64,000 nucleotides of DNA from Dimorphilus gyrociliatus (taxonomy: Eukaryota; Animalia; Annelida): contig CAJFCJ010000071.1 of assembly GCA_904063045.1 (NCBI GenBank), positions 56,245 to 120,244 on the forward strand. Direction: 5' to 3'. Under the pieces are notes generated by a model. The model had not been told where the DNA came from, ran no database searches, and saw nothing but the letters and a program-made list of their open reading frames with translations. Every line of letters begins with the position of its first letter. Within the stretch, counting starts at the first letter, position 1. Shown in pieces: positions 23,546 through 35,769 of this stretch. A program made the position numbers and the translations under genes.

Positions 23546-26500
23546 AATTTAGCTATGGAATACAACTGTTAAAAGAATCTTTGGTCTTGTTTTTAGCAAT
23601 AGAAACTCATTGTTCAGTTGATAATGACTGCTCAAACTTTCAATATTGTTTATCAGGAAAATGTCTTTGCCAGCCAAAATATGATCAGAAAATTTGCAAT
23701 GATAGTAAGATTACTAAAAAAAAAGGATTGAAATTTTTATAAATTAAAATTTTTATCTTTTTAATAGGTCATAATCTAATTCTAGACAAAAATAAATTTG
23801 TCCATGGTATACATACTTTTAATAAACAAGGAGATTCTATTGGTGATTGCTATGAGTTTTGTTTAAATAACAATATCCATGATTGTATTGGATTTATATT
23901 TAAAGAGCTCAATGATGGAAGTTATAATTGTCAGTTTTATAAAGAAATATCATCTTTGGTATTCAATAATGTATTTTCTTTAATTCTTTTGAAAAGTAAG
24001 AAAAGATGAACAATTATTAAATTATTGTCATTAAAAAAAATTTCTTTTGTTTTTGGACAAATTTAGATAAAAAACTCGCAGTTTGCGGAACAAATGAAAA
24101 TGAAATACCACTGCTTGAAGCATGTTATAACAAACTGTGGGAAGCAAATGGTTGTTTTGGTGAACAATTTAAATTTAAACCTAACTATCAATCAATGACT
24201 GTTCTAGAATTTGATGATTATTCAAAAAAAGTTTTTAACAAGTCTATAAATAGATTTGCAGAGGATGAAAATTCAAATTTCTATAGACTAATCTGTTTTG
24301 AACATATGGATAGTAATGAAATGAATATAGCATTCAATAGTGAAATGGTTGATTATGTTGGAAACTTTCAAAATCCACTATATCACCCAAAACATATTGT
24401 AGATGGTTCACATTATAGTAATATAACACTTGGTTCTTGTACAGTATTAATGAAGTTAAATACTGATGAACCCAAAATTACAATACATTTCAAAGGGAAA
24501 CATATCATTAAAAAAGTAATTCTATGGCCAACCAATCAGCAGAGTAAGAAAAATTCTCTTTTTTTACTCACAATTTCACATAGCAAAAACTTATAAAACT
24601 TTTTTTTTTCAGCTACTCAACAATTACAAATTTATATGCATACTTCCCATAATACATGCTCCGATAATGATATATTTTTAGATAACAATTCACCAACAAC
24701 AGTGTTATGTAATAATTTAAAGCAAACTAGAAGTTCTAATTTAACAGTTCAACCAACACAACAAAATGATATTCTTCAATTATGTGAAATTGAAATAATT
24801 TCTAGTAAATGTTTATATGATTTTATTAAAAAAGTTTATGTTTTTAGCTTTTTCTTCTTCTTTTATTTATAGATAACATAGCCTATTTGAAAGGAGTTAT
24901 TAACAAATATGCACATCGCAAATTGTCTACATTAACTGATGGTCTTACAAATATAAACAGAGAATTGAAAATTGGAGGGCAATTTTGGGTTGCAATTAAC
25001 CTATTTGCTTACTACAATGTTTTAGCTATTGACTTAATATTATCAAATAATTTTCATCTTTCTTATCAATTTGTTATTGAAGTTACAAATGAAAATCCAT
25101 ATTTAAGTTATAATTCTTCTAAATATAGTTTATGCGGAGAATATCCACATAATGCAGTGGGTTACTCTTCCTATCCTGAAAAATTTATTTCATTTTTATG
25201 CCCTAGTAGAGGGGTTAAAGGTCAATTTGTTGTATTTAGAAGAAAAACAACTAATTCTCTTTTATTTCGAATACGTGAAGTAGAAGTTTTTGGCAATTAT
25301 ATCAAACAATCCAATAATGAAAATACAAATATATTGTTACATAAACCAGTTTGGACATCTTCTTCATTTGGTTCAATATACACTCCTCAAAGTTTAACTG
25401 ATGGTCTATACAATATTTTTTATCATTCTAAAGTATCTTCCAAACAATGGGCAAGAGTTGATACGTTTACAAAGTATACTATTTTCAGAATGGCAATTTT
25501 AAATAGAGATGAAAATTGTATTTATCAAAGTCTATTTTTTCTTTTTATTTATCATCCTTTTTCTCTTATGAATTACAGTGCACGATAGAGCGAGGTATAT
25601 TAATGGTTTAGTGTCGAATTATCAAGATTTTAATATTGAGGAATATCATTCTTATTCCGAAAAATGTTTTACAAATAATGAAGATTTTTTAAGTGGAGAA
25701 TATAGACTCTGGGAATGTGAAACGCCATTTCCGGTCGGCCGTTTTGCAATCATTTTTCTAAATTCCGCGAGTGCTATCAATATTCTTGAATTAGAAGCGT
25801 ATGGTCAAGAAATTGTTGATAATGATATGGTTCTCTTACCAGTTACAAATATTGATAGGAGTAATGATGCTAAAAGTATTCAAAATGGAGATGAAAGTGA
25901 TCAATATCCAATAAAAATTATAGATAGTTTGGCCTTTAATGCCTTAAATGATGGATTCTTGTCATGTTCTGGTAATTTGGCATCAAGTAGTTTTGAGGAA
26001 GGACGAATAACTCTCTATATGGATAATCAATATTTAATAAATCAAATTGGTGTTCTCATTCCATTTGAAGCACCAAAAGGTTACTAAAAATTACTATTTC
26101 TTTATCATTAATTGTGTATTTATTATTTTAAAAACTATTTATAGAAAATTTCAAAAATATTCAAGTTACAGTTGAATTATTCTTCTTCGATAAAAACTTA
26201 CAAAAGTCAATTTGTTCAAATTTGACAAATAATTTTAAAATAAAGCAATTGTTATATAAATGCGAATACATTGGCGATAGAGTATCTCTCTATAAATTTG
26301 GTGGTAATGGTTTAATGCAACTTTGCGAAATTTACATTTTTGGTAGGAAACAATTTGTCGACAATGATAAGTCGATTCGTTCTTTTGCCAATGTTATATA
26401 TTCATTAGATACTTGGACAATCTATTCCAATTCAATTTGTGATAGTTTCTATCCTACTCAATATTATTTCATTGAATTACCAGTTTATTGTAAAATAACT

Positions 26501-27105
26501 GCAATTGGTTTTCTTTTAAGAGAGAATGTAGACTTTCAATCAAATTTAAATATTTTTGCTTTATCTTATGGGATAGAAATATTATGTACAACTTTAGATA
26601 TGCATCATCTTCGTGTTGATAAACCTACAAATTTTACATTTCATTGTAAACAAGAAATGATTACAAAATATTTAAGAATTTCATCAGAAATCAAAATGAA
26701 TATTACATGTGATTATTACGTAATAAGTAAAGAAGTTATTGGAATTATTCCAGGTTTGAGAGAGAGAGATATTAATTTTTTTTTACTTAGTCAAATTAAT
26801 CTAATGTTGTTTTTGTTTTTTTTTTTATCATAGTAAAATATCAATTAAAATACGAAAAAAAAATGATTAAACAACCCTACATCTACTCAACAATTCGTCA
26901 AATACAAAATGTTATAGAATGTTACAAAATTTGCAAGATGGATAGAGAAGTTTGTCAGAGTTTAGTTTATTTTGAAACATTAAGACAATGCAATCTGAGT
27001 TCTTTTCCAATTTTTGCAAATTCAAATCAATATTTATTAGAATCAAGTGATAATTATTATTCCATATTATACAAAATTGATAAGAATTTACTGCAATTAT
27101 GCTAA
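23546..27105 (+). CDS. Multi-exon secreted mosaic protein: EGF-like, PAN/apple, several F5/8-type C / fucolectin (FTP)-like domains, C-terminal PAN; exon boundaries approximate and the start exon not located
   Basis: CSVDNDCSNFQYCLSGKCLC; DCYEFCLNNNIHDCIGF; LQLCEIEI, FRIREVEVFGN, ILLHKPVWTSS, LTDG...YHSK...WARVD, LELEAYG; ECYKICKMDREVCQSLVY..RQCNLS; short GT-AG introns between ORFs. Confidence 0.72.
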
Positions 27106-27357
27106 AATGCTTAAAAGAGTTTCCTAGATTATTAAAATTTGGGAACTGTTGATAAAAGACAAATGATAAGATTCTTCATATTTTATCTTATATATCTACT
27201 TTTATTATGAATGTTGTACTTTATTCGACTTTAAATAGACCTAAAATTTCAATTTCCCACTTGGTGGATCGATGAGACTACTTTACTTTACTACTACATC
27301 AGGCGAAATTTCTGACATCAAGAAATGTTGTTTTCTTTGCTGGAAATGCATATATTG

Positions 27358-27830
27358 GTGTTGGATTGCAAACATACCCAAGGCAGGTGCAAAGATACCT
27401 GAGTACATTCGCACCCTTTTTTCTTTAGTAAATTTATTGATTTTTTTTAAAATGGTTTGATTACAAAGGTGTACATATGTTATATTTAAGCTGGAGAGTA
27501 GATAAGAGATGTCTGCATTAATGAATCAATGAATGTCAATTTGTTTAATTTGAAATCATCTCACAAATCAAAAATTTTTGTTTGTATGTCAATACACATT
27601 TTCTTTTGATGTTTGTAAACCCTTTTCTCTGACAATATTTTCTCATAAACTACAATCAATTCAGCCTCATTCTTTAGCTTATCAACAAGCATGTAAAAAG
27701 ATCCTTTAGCAGGTAGCTTACTGTTCATTCTTTGATGCCATCCCTCACAATCATTATTGGTTCTAATAGATAAACCAAAAACTGACCAACTATTTGGTTT
27801 CCACAATTTATTTTTGTTTCAACATTTAGC
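27358..27830 (-). mobile_element. 3' end of a MULE of the GGGTGCGAACGTACC repeat family
   Basis: WKPNSWSVFGLSIRTNNDCEGWHQRMN; degenerate terminal repeats gttggattgcaaacataccc...ggtgcaaagatacc. Confidence 0.8.
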
Positions 27831-28285
27831 ATTAGGTTCGTTCATGGAATTCAATCAAGGTATTATTTCTTATATTTTATATGTTTCAGAGATTATATAA
27901 TACTCATTCAAACAATGTTTCTTATTTAATTACCATATTTCAACATTCAACAAAAGACATCTTAAATTTCTTGAAAGTTTTGGCCCAGGCATCAGGAATT
28001 GATTTCCATTAACATTATATAGATAAGCTATAATCTTTTGGATTAATATTAAAAAGTGCTGTCATATAGGTAGAATATACTGAACTTTGATTATTCAGAA
28101 AGTCCAACAATTGTAATAGGACAAAGTATTTTCTACAAAAGCTTTATTGTTTTTTATGGAAGTGTTAAATGGGTTTATAAATCCTCACTGTTTCATTCCC
28201 ACTATCTTAATAGAATCATATTCTATACAAATTTAATTCATAGTAAAACAATGTTTTCCACACTTCCAAACAAAGTTTTTATTGA

Positions 28286-28492
28286 GGATTCGACAAAAAA
28301 CATCCATAAATCAGTGAAGTTACACTGACCTTAACCCAGCCCTTGTCTGTACCTAAGCTTTTGCATTAGCCCTAATCGTTAGAGGAGACCCTAATATGTA
28401 CAAATCAGTTGCTGTTTTCTTCTGCCTAACCATTTCTCAATCCAAATTTTTGTCTTGAAATTTCTCATTTGTGGACGTTTTCTGTCAACGCC
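28286..28492 (+). mobile_element. Telomeric-repeat MITE, diverged copy
   Basis: 207 bp, same internal sequence as 53341-53547; no clean TSD. Confidence 0.8.
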
Positions 28493-29420
28493 ATCTCTAT
28501 TGGATCTTTTGTTATTGCAATTGTGCATATTTCTTTTAATATTTAATGCTGAATTTAAATTGATTTTCTATTATGATGAATTATTCTTTTCCATTCATTT
28601 GAAGTTTGTTAATGACCATTTCCATTGATTTCCATTCCACAAGCATTATTAGTAAAAGAACAAGCCAATCTACCTTCTATAATTGTATGGTTGTTTCTTT
28701 AGTAATTACATAAGACAAATTTTTATTGTTTAATTCTCTGGCATGGACATATTCTATCAACTCAATGAAGTATATCCTAAAATTTATTCCTTTAGTGAAC
28801 TAGGGAAATTTCTCAAATATTATCATTAAATGTCAAAAAAATAGAGATTCTTTTAAACTGTGTTTTTTCTTCAGCATAACTGGTATTAAAGACCTATTGT
28901 TAAATTATAAATCTTACTTCATTTTTTTGACAAGTAATTTTTGCTTTAATCAATAGGCTAAATTATTGATTGTATAGTAGGACTAAACTTCATTATTCCC
29001 CACAATTATTCATTGAATGTTTGTCACGTAGCAGCAAGCATATTTTTCTTTAATGAAATATTCAGGGAGCATAGACTAAAAAATAGTTGTTGAATGGGGA
29101 CATTTTGTCCAGACCAGTAAAAAACTACTCTTATTAATTGTTTTAGTTTATCAACTAATCATCTCTGCTAATTTCACAATTAATTGAATAGATAGAAATT
29201 CTAGATGGTGAAGCTGTGATCAATCCAAAAAACAATGTCTTCCAAATAATATTAAATGTTAATCCATTGTGAAACTATTTGTTTTCTGTCTCTTTTTTCA
29301 GAAAACAAACAATTTGCACATAACAGAAAAATGTCCAAAACCATAAATGTCAGTTATGAATTTTAATACAACATTGTTAGACTATTTTTCCATTGATGTA
29401 TTCCATTATTTTTTTATCAG

Positions 29421-30360
29421 CTAATAAAGTACTTCACATAATTTTGAAGTTTGTGAATCTGAATATGCTCTAACATATACTCCTTCACAATATCTGCTAT
29501 CACAATCACAGCTATATTTACACATTCCATCACTGGAATATAATAAATTACAAAATTTGAATCTTCCATCAAATTCAATATCAAATTGTGACAGAGGAGG
29601 AATGTACATCATCAATTCATTCAATTAGCCATTTGAACAAGACAGGTTTTGTCCAACTATTGATACTGCTATTGAAACTAATGGTTTATTCACTCCTGGA
29701 AAAGGATATCTAACAATGAATGGACTAGGTTTTAAATCAATACAAGTTGAATTATTTAAATCATTAATTAGATTAAGTGTGCTTGAATGAAAGCTTGTTA
29801 CTGTAGAAAGTTGTGATATGAATTGAGAACTTTATTGATTTTATTTTTATCTTGTTCAAGAGAATATCTTGTGTTTATTAAGTAAACATTCAGAATCTTC
29901 AATATTTTTATCTCCAAGGCCAATTCTTTGACTGTTTTCAATTTGACAACCAGTTGTTAAATGAAGAAGACAAACTATACTTTTTGAATAAAGAGAAAAG
30001 AGGAAAATTGTAAGAATATATGACAATTTCATATCTATACAATCTTTGATGTTGACAATAAGTATATTTCTCAGTTGTTTGGATAACATGTAATGTTGGT
30101 CCAACTCCAGCTCCTGGCTTCAACCAGCAACAACATATACAATTTGACTAGTTGATAATGTCCAATTACTGGTGTCCATATCTGTTACTTTTTCCAAAAC
30201 ACTTAAGCATTGTAATTTTGTAGGAAATTTTCAACTATATCTTAAAGTTGCTTGGTGGAATGTTTTATCTTCTGCTTCGAATACTGGAATTGCAATTTCC
30301 TCAACATTTGGATTTAACAATTGAACAACTGAAAAATACCACCCTTCTATGTACATAGTG
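29421..30360 (-). pseudogene. Frameshifted paralog of the 49468 gene (trefoil-like, PAN, C-terminal Cys-rich domain)
   Basis: CCCWLKPG..GP.TCY; IKDCIDM...CQIE; FDGRFKFCNLLYSSDGMCKYSCDCDSRYCEGVYVRAY matches FLGEFHSCKL...CNYRCECGEEYCQAVYIKAF. Confidence 0.7.
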
Positions 30361-31232
30361 TTGTTAAAAGGAAAAAGGTTCATTCACCATTCAATTGTCC
30401 TTAGATTTTCACAGGGCCAGGACATTTTAGCCTATTTACTAACATACATTTATTGAAATTTGGATTAGGTTTAGCAATTCCACTATGCTAAAGTATTCGG
30501 CTTGTTTCCTGTTGGTGTTTCAGGATGTCACAAAGTTTAATAGACATAATCCTTGTCTTTTATGAAAGCTAATTGAATTATAAGTGATTTGTAAGTAGTA
30601 TATGTATTTGAATAGGGGTGAAACCGTACCCAATACAGGGTTAAACCATACCCAGATACTGATATAATGTATATAGCCAAATGTTTAAAGATACATTTAT
30701 CTAAACAAAATTCAAAGAATTAAAACTGAAATGAAAAGAAAAAGAGAATATGAAATGTAGTTAAAATCTATGGAGCATATACTGTATATCAAATGTTTGT
30801 AGTCATAATTCATCTGCTAATATTTTTCCTAGTTTGTATTCATCCCAAATGTCAAATTTATTTCTTTTTTCTCTGATATTTATATATTTGTTTTTCAGAC
30901 ATCACCTTTTCATAGATAATCATCAAATCTCACACTTCTTTCATTTCATCCACTATTATGTAGAATGAGCCTTTTGAATGCACTTGACTATTCATTCTGT
31001 TGTGCCAACAATCCAGACTATTATTTGTTCTAATTGATAGACCAAACACTGACCAATTTTCAGGTTTCCACATAGAATTACATATTCATGTATTTTCAAA
31101 ATACAAAAGTAAGTCACCAAATTTCAATTGCTCCAAAAGTTCAGACTTCAGTCTACCAAATGTTGAAATGATGACATCAGATGGCAGAATACACAAACAT
31201 AATATATATAGTATATATAACATTATGACATA

Positions 31233-33024
31233 TACAATCCCAACAAAAAATCTATGGCAGGGTTGTTCTTGAAATGAAAAACGTGAAATATTTAAGTAAC
31301 AGGACTTGCTTAATTATATTTTTTTGTTGAGAATGAAGGATAAGACATTTATAGCCAAATTTAAAGATAAAATTCATTTAAACATTTTTTTTATTTTCTA
31401 GTAATTTTTATTCAAAAAATTTTGCAAAAATGGAGGAGGTAAAATTTCTGGCAGGATGCCTGTTCCTGGCAAAAATTTAGATGTTAATCAGATAGAAACC
31501 CACTTTTTTTAATTTTTTATGACATTCCTGAGTACTGTCAAACCATTCTTTGGAACAAACTGTTAAAAAAATTGAAAATGGGCAAAATAAGCCTCGAAAT
31601 GCAAGAAAAAATTGTTGAACTGGACAAAAGAGGGTTAAGCCAGGTAAAGATCTCCAAAGAGCTAAATATTGCTCGCAGTACTATTCAGTACAACCTAAAA
31701 AAGAATGCAAAACATTCTTCTATGGAGGACAGACCCAGGAACCGGTCAAAAACGGCCATAAATGAAATATTTGAAAGTTAGATTTCAGCCTGGGAAATGG
31801 TTAGGAGGAATAAGATAACTGTTGATATGTTCTTAGGAGGGTCCCATCTAAGGGTTAGGGGTATTCAAAAAGGTTAGGCAAAAACAAGGGCTGGGTTAGG
31901 GTTAGGGTAAAACCATAGATTTATGGCCGTTTTCTACCACATCCACAGACCCAGGTCTGGCCGCCCTAAAAAGATTTCAGAAGCAGACAAGAGAAATCTT
32001 ATTGTGATTCAAAAAAAAATCCCTTTTATACAGCCAGACAAGCTTATAGCCAATGGGCCATGGCAGATAAGGTGAGTTTATCATCTGCTAAGAAGATTCT
32101 ATTTGATTATGGATTAAAAAGCTACATGGCAAAAGTAAAACCTTTGACAAAATTGGGGCATCGAAAAAAGAGAATTTTTGGTAAAAAAAACCCTAAAAAA
32201 AAGGAGGATGTGCTTGAGATGAAACAACTTTTGATCTTTATCCTAAACAAAGAGTCAGAGTCAGATGTAAGCGGGAGGATAAGGACAAAGCAAGAAATAC
32301 AAGGAGCAGTTTCAAAACGCAAGACTGTAAGCTGATGATCTGAGGAGCCATCAAATATGATGGTTCCAGAGCTTTAGCATATTGCTCTGATTCAATGAAC
32401 TCAGAGAAATATATCTCAACTTTGAAAGAGCATCTACTGCCTATCTATAAAAGGGAGAACATCTTCCAACAAGATGGGGCACGATGCCACACTTCAAAAG
32501 TGTGTAAATCTTTTTTGAGAAAAAACAAAATAAAATATTTAAAAGATTGGCCAGCACAAAGTCCAGACTTGAACATTATCGAGAACCTCTGGGCAGTGCT
32601 CAAACAGAGAGTTTACAAGAGAATTCCAAAAAATCTGGAGGATTTGAAGGCTATCATAGAGGAGGAATAATTTTTGATTTCTGAAGACTATTTAAAAAAT
32701 TTATATAGCTCCATAAAAAAAAGATGCCGTCTTGTCATCCAAAAGAAAGGATATGCCATCAATTATTAAGTCAAAAATTGGAATTTTTTACATTATTTGA
32801 AATACCTGCCAGAAATTTGACCTCCTCCATTTTTGCAAAATTTTTTGAATAAAAATTACTGGAAAGTAAAAAAAATGTTTAAATGAATTTTATCTTTAAA
32901 TTTGGTTCTATAAATGTCTTATCCTTCATTCTAAACAAAAAAATATAATTAAGCAAGTCCTGTTACTTAAATATTTCACATTTTTCATTTCAAGAACAAT
33001 CCTGCCATAGATTTTTTGGCAGTA
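31233..33024 (+). mobile_element. Tc1/mariner-superfamily transposon with TIRs of about 220 bp; transposase broken by a MITE, a deletion and frameshifts
   Basis: TIRs about 31233-31455 and 32805-33024, TA flanks; HTH MGKISLEMQEKIV...RPRSGRPK; IWGAI; FQQDGARCH...WPAQSPDLNIIE. Confidence 0.93.
31738..31944 (-). mobile_element. Telomeric-repeat MITE inserted in the Tc1 transposase
   Basis: 207 bp; perfect 9-bp TSD acagaccca at 31729-31737 and 31945-31953; removal restores EDRPRSGRPK. Confidence 0.95.
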
Positions 33025-33198
33025 TATTAAATTAACAATGGGTACGGTTTCACCTGCTCCCTATGTATTTGGCCTATAATAGTTTCAAGCATTTTCAAGC
33101 ATAAGTGAAAGCTATAGAGTGTAAAAGAATAACATGAAGAAATCTCTTGTAAAATGTGATTGTTACAGTGCAATATATATAAAATCTGGATTTGATAT

Positions 33199-35040
33199 CT
33201 ACAAATACACTTCACATATTTCCACCAATGGACTTGAATGTGATGGCAAGATATTAATTACCATCTTTCCTACCAGTTCTTCATTTTGAGTGCAATCATA
33301 CTTATATGTCCATAAACTTTCTTGTCCATTTAAAGGGGTAACATTTGAAAGTGGGCAAACTTTTGAATTTTTACTACCAGTTTTCGTGAGTAAAAAGTAA
33401 ATATTTATCAGTTGCTTAGCTTCAACAGTATGCTTTAAAACCACTTCAGCAAATTGTTTTATCCTTCCAAAGTTATTATGTTTAGTTATTCCCACAGTGT
33501 ATGGAATTGTATCAATAGCTGTACAAGTCAAAATATTAAAGTCATTTAAATTGTTTAACGTTGGTTTCTTGCAATCAGCCAAATAGAGAGCATTTATATC
33601 CAAATTAAATAGGCCAAATTTGTAATTATTGACTCTAAATTTAGAGAATTTGGACCCTTCTTTGTTATTTACTCCCAATGTAGTAACTTTATCTACAAAA
33701 GAATGATTAATTTTGTAAATAATCTCAGAAACATTCAATTTTAGTCGGCCAAATTGTATATAATTTTTGGAGAAAACAACAGAAAAATCTGTCCAACTGT
33801 CCAAAGATAAAAGATGATTAGAGTTGTTTTGAGTTGTTATTTCATTTACTATACGATCTTCTATAATAAAAGTAGTCTTTCTAGTATTATCAATATCATT
33901 TCCAATATCCATTGTTATCTTGAGTTTTGAATTTCCGGTTTTATTTAAAAAGTTAATAATGAAAGCATGAGATTTACTGTCACTATTCTTAACAATTTGC
34001 ACACCAAAATTCAATTCTATGATACTTGAAGTGTAGGATGGAGGAAAGTGATAAATAAGTTCATCATTTGTTTCAATGTCAAAATCTTTTTGAGGAATAG
34101 CTAAAAACAGTAAATAGATTCATTGTTTTTTTAAATATATCACCATGGTAATTACTTTCTATGTAGACCTGAATGTAAGCATATCCCATATGATGTCCAT
34201 TGGTGTCATGAAATTTTGTGGACCACAATTTCAAACCTGTTTCCACGAAATTACTGGAGTATTCAAAACATCTTCGAAGTCTAGATGTGGGAAATTGAAA
34301 GGTTTGTTGGAAACTTGAACTCCACTCAACTTTCATTTCAGTAACTAATGTAACACCTCCCACCTCTCTAACAAGAAGAAAGGAAATTAAAATAGTTTTA
34401 AATGAGATATTAATAAAAATTTACCTGCCAGCTAAGCAAATAATCTTGGGTTTAACACCACTGGGAAAGGTTAGCTCATAAACATCGGCATAGCAGTCAC
34501 TCTTCTGGCAAGGGGCTGACCAATCAGCATCATGACTTAAACTGGAATCATAGTCGAGAGCTTTTTTGCAATCATCGATATTATAATTTGGTATATTGCA
34601 ATGGGAGTTTTCTGCAATGTTTGAATAATGTATTTCATTTTTTAGAAGAGGGTCATCAAAAAAGAAGGAAAGAATTTTGTATATTTTCTCAATAATTTAG
34701 CAAATCAATGTATTCGTATAATACCACTGTAAGCGTAAGCCATAACACTGCCAAGACCTCTCTTTGCTGATCCATAGCCTTTGATTGTTGTAACTTTTAT
34801 CCACTCATTTCCTTTACCAACTTCTCTGGGCAGGAGAAAACACTTTTGATATATTTTATCATTGAGCTGATGAGTAGAATTACGACCATTACTATAATCT
34901 ATTCGAACTTTTTTGGTTAAAAGTGGGGCTCTTGCTAATCTTTGTTCAATACAAATTTGAACAATATCATATTGTTGCTTAAATATAATCTTGATATATT
35001 CTGGTGAGCAGCTATTTTCACTATTACAAGCTGAAGCCCA
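33199..35040 (-). pseudogene. Secreted-type mosaic gene: F5/8-like domains, FAMeT (Methyltransf_FA)-like domain, C-terminal Cys domain; frameshifts present
   Basis: WASACNSENSCSPEYIKIIF; DWSAPCQKSDCYADVYELTF; MDIGNDIDNTRKT...LLSLDSWTDFSVVFSKNYIQFG; ends LVEICEVYL. Confidence 0.55.
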
Positions 35041-35769
35041 GTCTTTTTTTTTTGCTAAATTTTTTAGAAAATTATGAATTTGAAAAATTTCTTAAATAAT
35101 TTTCTAGGTAATTAAAATTAACAAACATGTTTGAAGAGTAAAATGAATACTAAATAAGGAGAAAAAGTTTGTAAGGCGAAAAAGCCAGTAATTCGCACTC
35201 AATTCTGTCATTTTGTCAACCAATATAACAAGAATTAAACTAAATTTTAACATATATAGAAATAACGCTATATTTCTTCAGTAAATCCATTATTAACAGG
35301 TGTTTGAATATGCATGTGATCATAGTTTTCCCTTTGTTCTCTGTCTCATTGAATCATTTATATTTTCAGTTACATTTTTAATTCATGTGCACTTCAGTTC
35401 GACATAGATGTTCTTTTAGAAAACCGTCGACTTAACTGTTAAAAATTGATAAAATTCAAGCTGATACAAAAGTTTTTTTAAGAATCTTTCTAACAACTCA
35501 ATACAATATTTAGATTTGTTCTCCCTAAACTTTAAATTAATTTTTCACCTGTAGTAACAACTATTTCCAAAAAGTCTTCCCTTTATGTAGCACACTTCTT
35601 CAGTTCAGGGACATTATGACATGATTTAGCAAGAACCATTTTGAGACTCTTTGGCTAAAACACAAAATGTTTTTAATTATTAGAAACGAAACTCATATTT
35701 CTATGAAAAATAAAATACAAAAAAAATTAACAAAAAAAGACAACAAATTTTTCTGAGAATAATGATACA

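Larger units (their letters stand above)
30610..33061 (-). mobile_element. Internally deleted MULE hosting the Tc1 element
   Basis: TIR core ggtgaaaccgtaccc at 30617 and inverted at 33040-33054; 9-bp TSD tatgtattt at 30601-30609 and 33062-33070; minus strand WKPENWSVFGLSIRTNNSLDCWHNRMN at about 30950-31080. Confidence 0.85.
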
